NCBI GenBank assembly: GCA_043228905.1
Contig: JBHGNT010001365.1
Location: 1-9,384 of the forward strand
Origin: Azolla caroliniana
Lineage: Eukaryota; Plantae; Polypodiophyta
Reading direction: 5' to 3'
Length of the DNA stretch: 9,384 bases
Under the pieces are notes generated by a model, which was not told where the DNA came from, searched no databases, and worked only from the letters and a program-made list of their open reading frames with translations. Below are positions 7,149 through 9,384 of this stretch, in pieces. Both the position numbers and the translations under genes were made by a program. Each line of letters opens with the position of its first letter. Position 1 is the first letter of the stretch.

Positions 7149-7795
7149 CGAGAAGCCAAGACGCTGAAGGAAGCGTGGGAAAACCTACGAAAGATTTTCT
7201 CCGCAAACACGACCATGAGGAAGCTTCAACTCCGCCAAGAGTTGAACAACATTCAACAAAGGGATATGTCCATCACGACATACACCTTGAAGATCAAGGA
7301 GCTTTGCGACTCGCTCGGCTCAATAAACGTAAGTATAGATGATGATGAGATGGTACAAATATGCCTCGGCGGCTTCGCACCACGGTTCGGCGCGATGCGA
7401 ACCACCATTCTAGCACGGGAGAAATCTCCCTCCTTCTTCGAGCTCCAATCAATGCTTTTGGTCAAAGAAAACCACGTGCGTACAAGGAGCAATGAGTCGG
7501 AAGGCCACATGCTCTACACGCACTCTAATGGAGGAAGAGGACGCGGACGAGCGAGAGGCCGATTCGGCCAAGGACAAGGCGGACGAGGTCCGACCTATGA
7601 CAACAACTCCCAATTTCGGCCGCAAAACGGAGGCCAACGAGGAACCTTCGCAAGAAGGGGGCGCTTCCACTCCGGCCCGAGCCGTCAAAACGCAACTGAA
7701 TGCGGATATTGCGGAAAGCTCGGCCACCACGAAGAAGAGTGCCAAAAGAAGATGCGTGAATCGGCTTCCACAAGCCGACAACTCACGAATTACGT
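7149..7795 (+). pseudogene. Copia gag fragment (UBN2-like gag core, RG-rich linker, CCHC zinc knuckle), truncated at both ends
   Basis: REAKTLKEAWENLRKIF...KLQLRQELNNIQQRDMSITTYTLKIKELCDSLGSI...; GGRGRGRARGRFG; CGYCGKLGHHEEEC (7701-7742). The first ~19 and last ~19 residues of ORF 7092..7853 come from flanking LTR sequence. Confidence 0.9.
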
Positions 7796-8383
7796 TGTCG
7801 CGTTGCTACACACGTGCGTGGAGAAGGGCGGGTCCACGGGGGTCTTGGAGTAAGGAGTAGAGGAGAAGGAATCGGACATGGAATGGAAGCTTTGCTCAAG
7901 AAGAAGAAGAAGAATGAACAAGAGATTAGATCGAACAAGAGGAAGATGGAGACAAGATGATCAACAAGATATATTAAAACAAAATGAACGATTACAAAAT
8001 GGTGGCCGCACCAAACGACTACTCGAAGACCTAACCAACGAAGATGAAGATAAAGATAAAGTGAGACTAAAATATCCCCTTTCATTCAAAGGGGATATTT
8101 GCCTTGATTTGGGGAGGGTGAGATTGATGGCCCCTTAACTCCCACCTCCACACAAACAACTAGGTACCTATGTACCGCATAGTACCTCTCTCTCTCTCTC
8201 GCGTGGATGTGCGCACAAGACCACATCACCTTTATACCTTAGGGATCCTATGGGGCATTTCTAGCACCATACACTTTACCCTTATTACTATTACAAATAC
8301 ATTATGTACATGTGCAACGTTGCACATCGCTCTTTGGCTCTCGTTGCTTGGGTTTCCGCTTGTGGACGAAAATCTTCACGACA
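7796..8383 (-). repeat. 3' LTR of element C (588 bp)
   Basis: Termini on the - strand are TGTCGTG...CGCGACA. The start TGTCGTGAAGATTTTCGTCCACAAGCGGAA matches LTR A's TGTCGTGAAGAAAACCGTCCACAAGCGGAA. Confidence 0.87.
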
Positions 8384-8396
8384 TCCGCCCCCACCT
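8384..8396 (-). promoter_or_regulatory. Polypurine tract of element C
   Basis: AGGTGGGGGCGGA on the - strand abuts the LTR and is identical to the PPT of element B. Confidence 0.82.
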
Positions 8397-8538
8397 AACC
8401 GCACATCCACCGGTATGTGCCAAAACATAGGGGAGAGAACACGAGATTTTCAGCCACGACGACCGACCGAGTCCTTAGCGTCCTCGTGGGCCCACCCAGT
8501 TTTGTCTTCCACTTCGAGCAAGACCACCCCGTCCACAC

Positions 8539-8739
8539 GAACCGCCGCCGCCTTTCGGTCCACCATCCTCGCCGAATGGTCTCGAACCGTCGGCGCCATC
8601 CGATCCGCCACACTCGACGATGTTCGCCGAGTCGTTGCCTCCACCCGATCCGCCACGTCCACCGTGGGTCCTTGAACCACCGACTACATCCGACCCGCCG
8701 TATCCGATGCCCGTGCTTTCCTCCCCGTTCGGTCCTCCC
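8539..8739 (+). repeat. Degenerate 45-bp tandem repeat (4 units plus a shorter fifth) in the 3' region of element C
   Basis: Anchor words at exact 45-bp spacing: TCGGTCCACCA (8555), CCGATCCGCCA (8600, 8645) and CCGACCCGCCG (8690). TCGGTCCTCCC follows at 8729 (+39). Confidence 0.75.
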
Positions 8740-9384
8740 GAACGCCGTCGCCAACCCGGTTGCTCTTCCTTTGTCCGCCTCGTATATCCTCCGGATGCGC
8801 TCCCAGTCGCATGCCGGATTCCGCCCTTTGCGTGCCGCACACCTCGGCGTGCCGACTCTCTCCGCTCCGCGCTTGCCTTCTATAGGCTTTCCCCGTTGTT
8901 CGCCGTGCTCTCTCGCGGTAGAGCGTGCCATCACCCCATCCTTCTTCGTGGCTCTCATTACCGCTTCGCCTCGACCCGCGCCCTCTTGGCCCGATTGGCC
9001 TCGCATGTCCTTCGGGACACCGCGTTTTCTCTCCCCGGTGCGTAGCCCTCCGTTCTCCACGCACCTCCTCCGTTTTCCTAGATACAACTCTCCACTCATG
9101 CCGATCACGCTCGGCCCATGTCGTCGATCTTGGTGTTTCGTCGCGCCGTCCTTCGTCCCACGCTTGCCTCTCGAAGGCTTGACCCCTCCGTCATCGTCGG
9201 TCAATCGGTGTCGCCCATCCGCCGTATGCATGCTTGTGTCTTGGCCCTCCACCGGCCGTATTGCATGCGTCTCATGTCGCGCTTCCGTCGTAGACCCGAC
9301 CTCCACGTTGGTCTCCAACTCCTCGCCGCCACCCACCGTTTCTTCGTTCTCCTTTCGATCCGCGACCGCCGATGCCTCACGGGT

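Larger units (their letters stand above)
6858..7795 (+). mobile_element. Ty1/copia element D, internally deleted 5' portion
   Basis: A TGTTG start exactly where the integrase homology breaks, then an LTR-like AT-rich segment, then copia gag. It is cut at 7795 by element C. Confidence 0.75.
7796..9384 (-). mobile_element. Gypsy-related element C, 3' end (long 3' region, PPT, 3' LTR); continues beyond the right edge
   Basis: It carries the same pre-PPT/PPT/LTR-start motif as A and B, on the - strand, and a complete LTR. It interrupts gag D. The predicted TSD is TACGT (7791-7795). Confidence 0.82.

Noticed and set aside
7092-7853. 253-aa ORF as an intact gene
   Set aside because: It is chimeric: an LTR-derived N-terminus, a truncated gag core, and a C-terminus read from the inserted LTR C.
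7783-8430. Hydrophobic or charged ORFs within LTR C (possible env or membrane peptide)
   Set aside because: They arise from the low-complexity GAA/CTT-rich LTR interior, are short, and lie inside an LTR.

Overview
This is eukaryotic, almost entirely transposon-derived DNA: a nest of plant LTR retrotransposons with no intact host gene. A non-seed land plant such as a moss or fern is my inference from the element types. Left nest: a Tnt1-like Ty1/copia element on the - strand (5' LTR 2418-3030, tRNA-iMet PBS, and a stop-free 795-codon gag-protease-integrase frame that runs off the left edge and is missing from the ORF track). It is inserted into the integrase tail of Ty3/gypsy element A (3031-4077), whose 3' LTR abuts the repeat-rich 3' region of a related gypsy element B (4078-~5630, LTR truncated). 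Right nest: a third related gypsy element C (- strand, 3' LTR 7796-8383) is inserted into the gag of a deleted copia element D (6858-7795), which is inserted into a chromovirus-like integrase fragment (6583-6857). Between the nests is a ~950 bp island that no LTR element explains. It holds a hierarchical 13/14-40-224 bp AT-rich array with 8 regularly phased telo-boxes (TAGGGTTT). A splice-acceptor-like site and an uncharacterised ~140-aa reading frame broken by one 14-bp duplication follow the array. I cannot demonstrate a new biological system from the sequence alone. The island and the extra 3' regions of elements B and C are the best leads. All coordinates and counts were made by hand.
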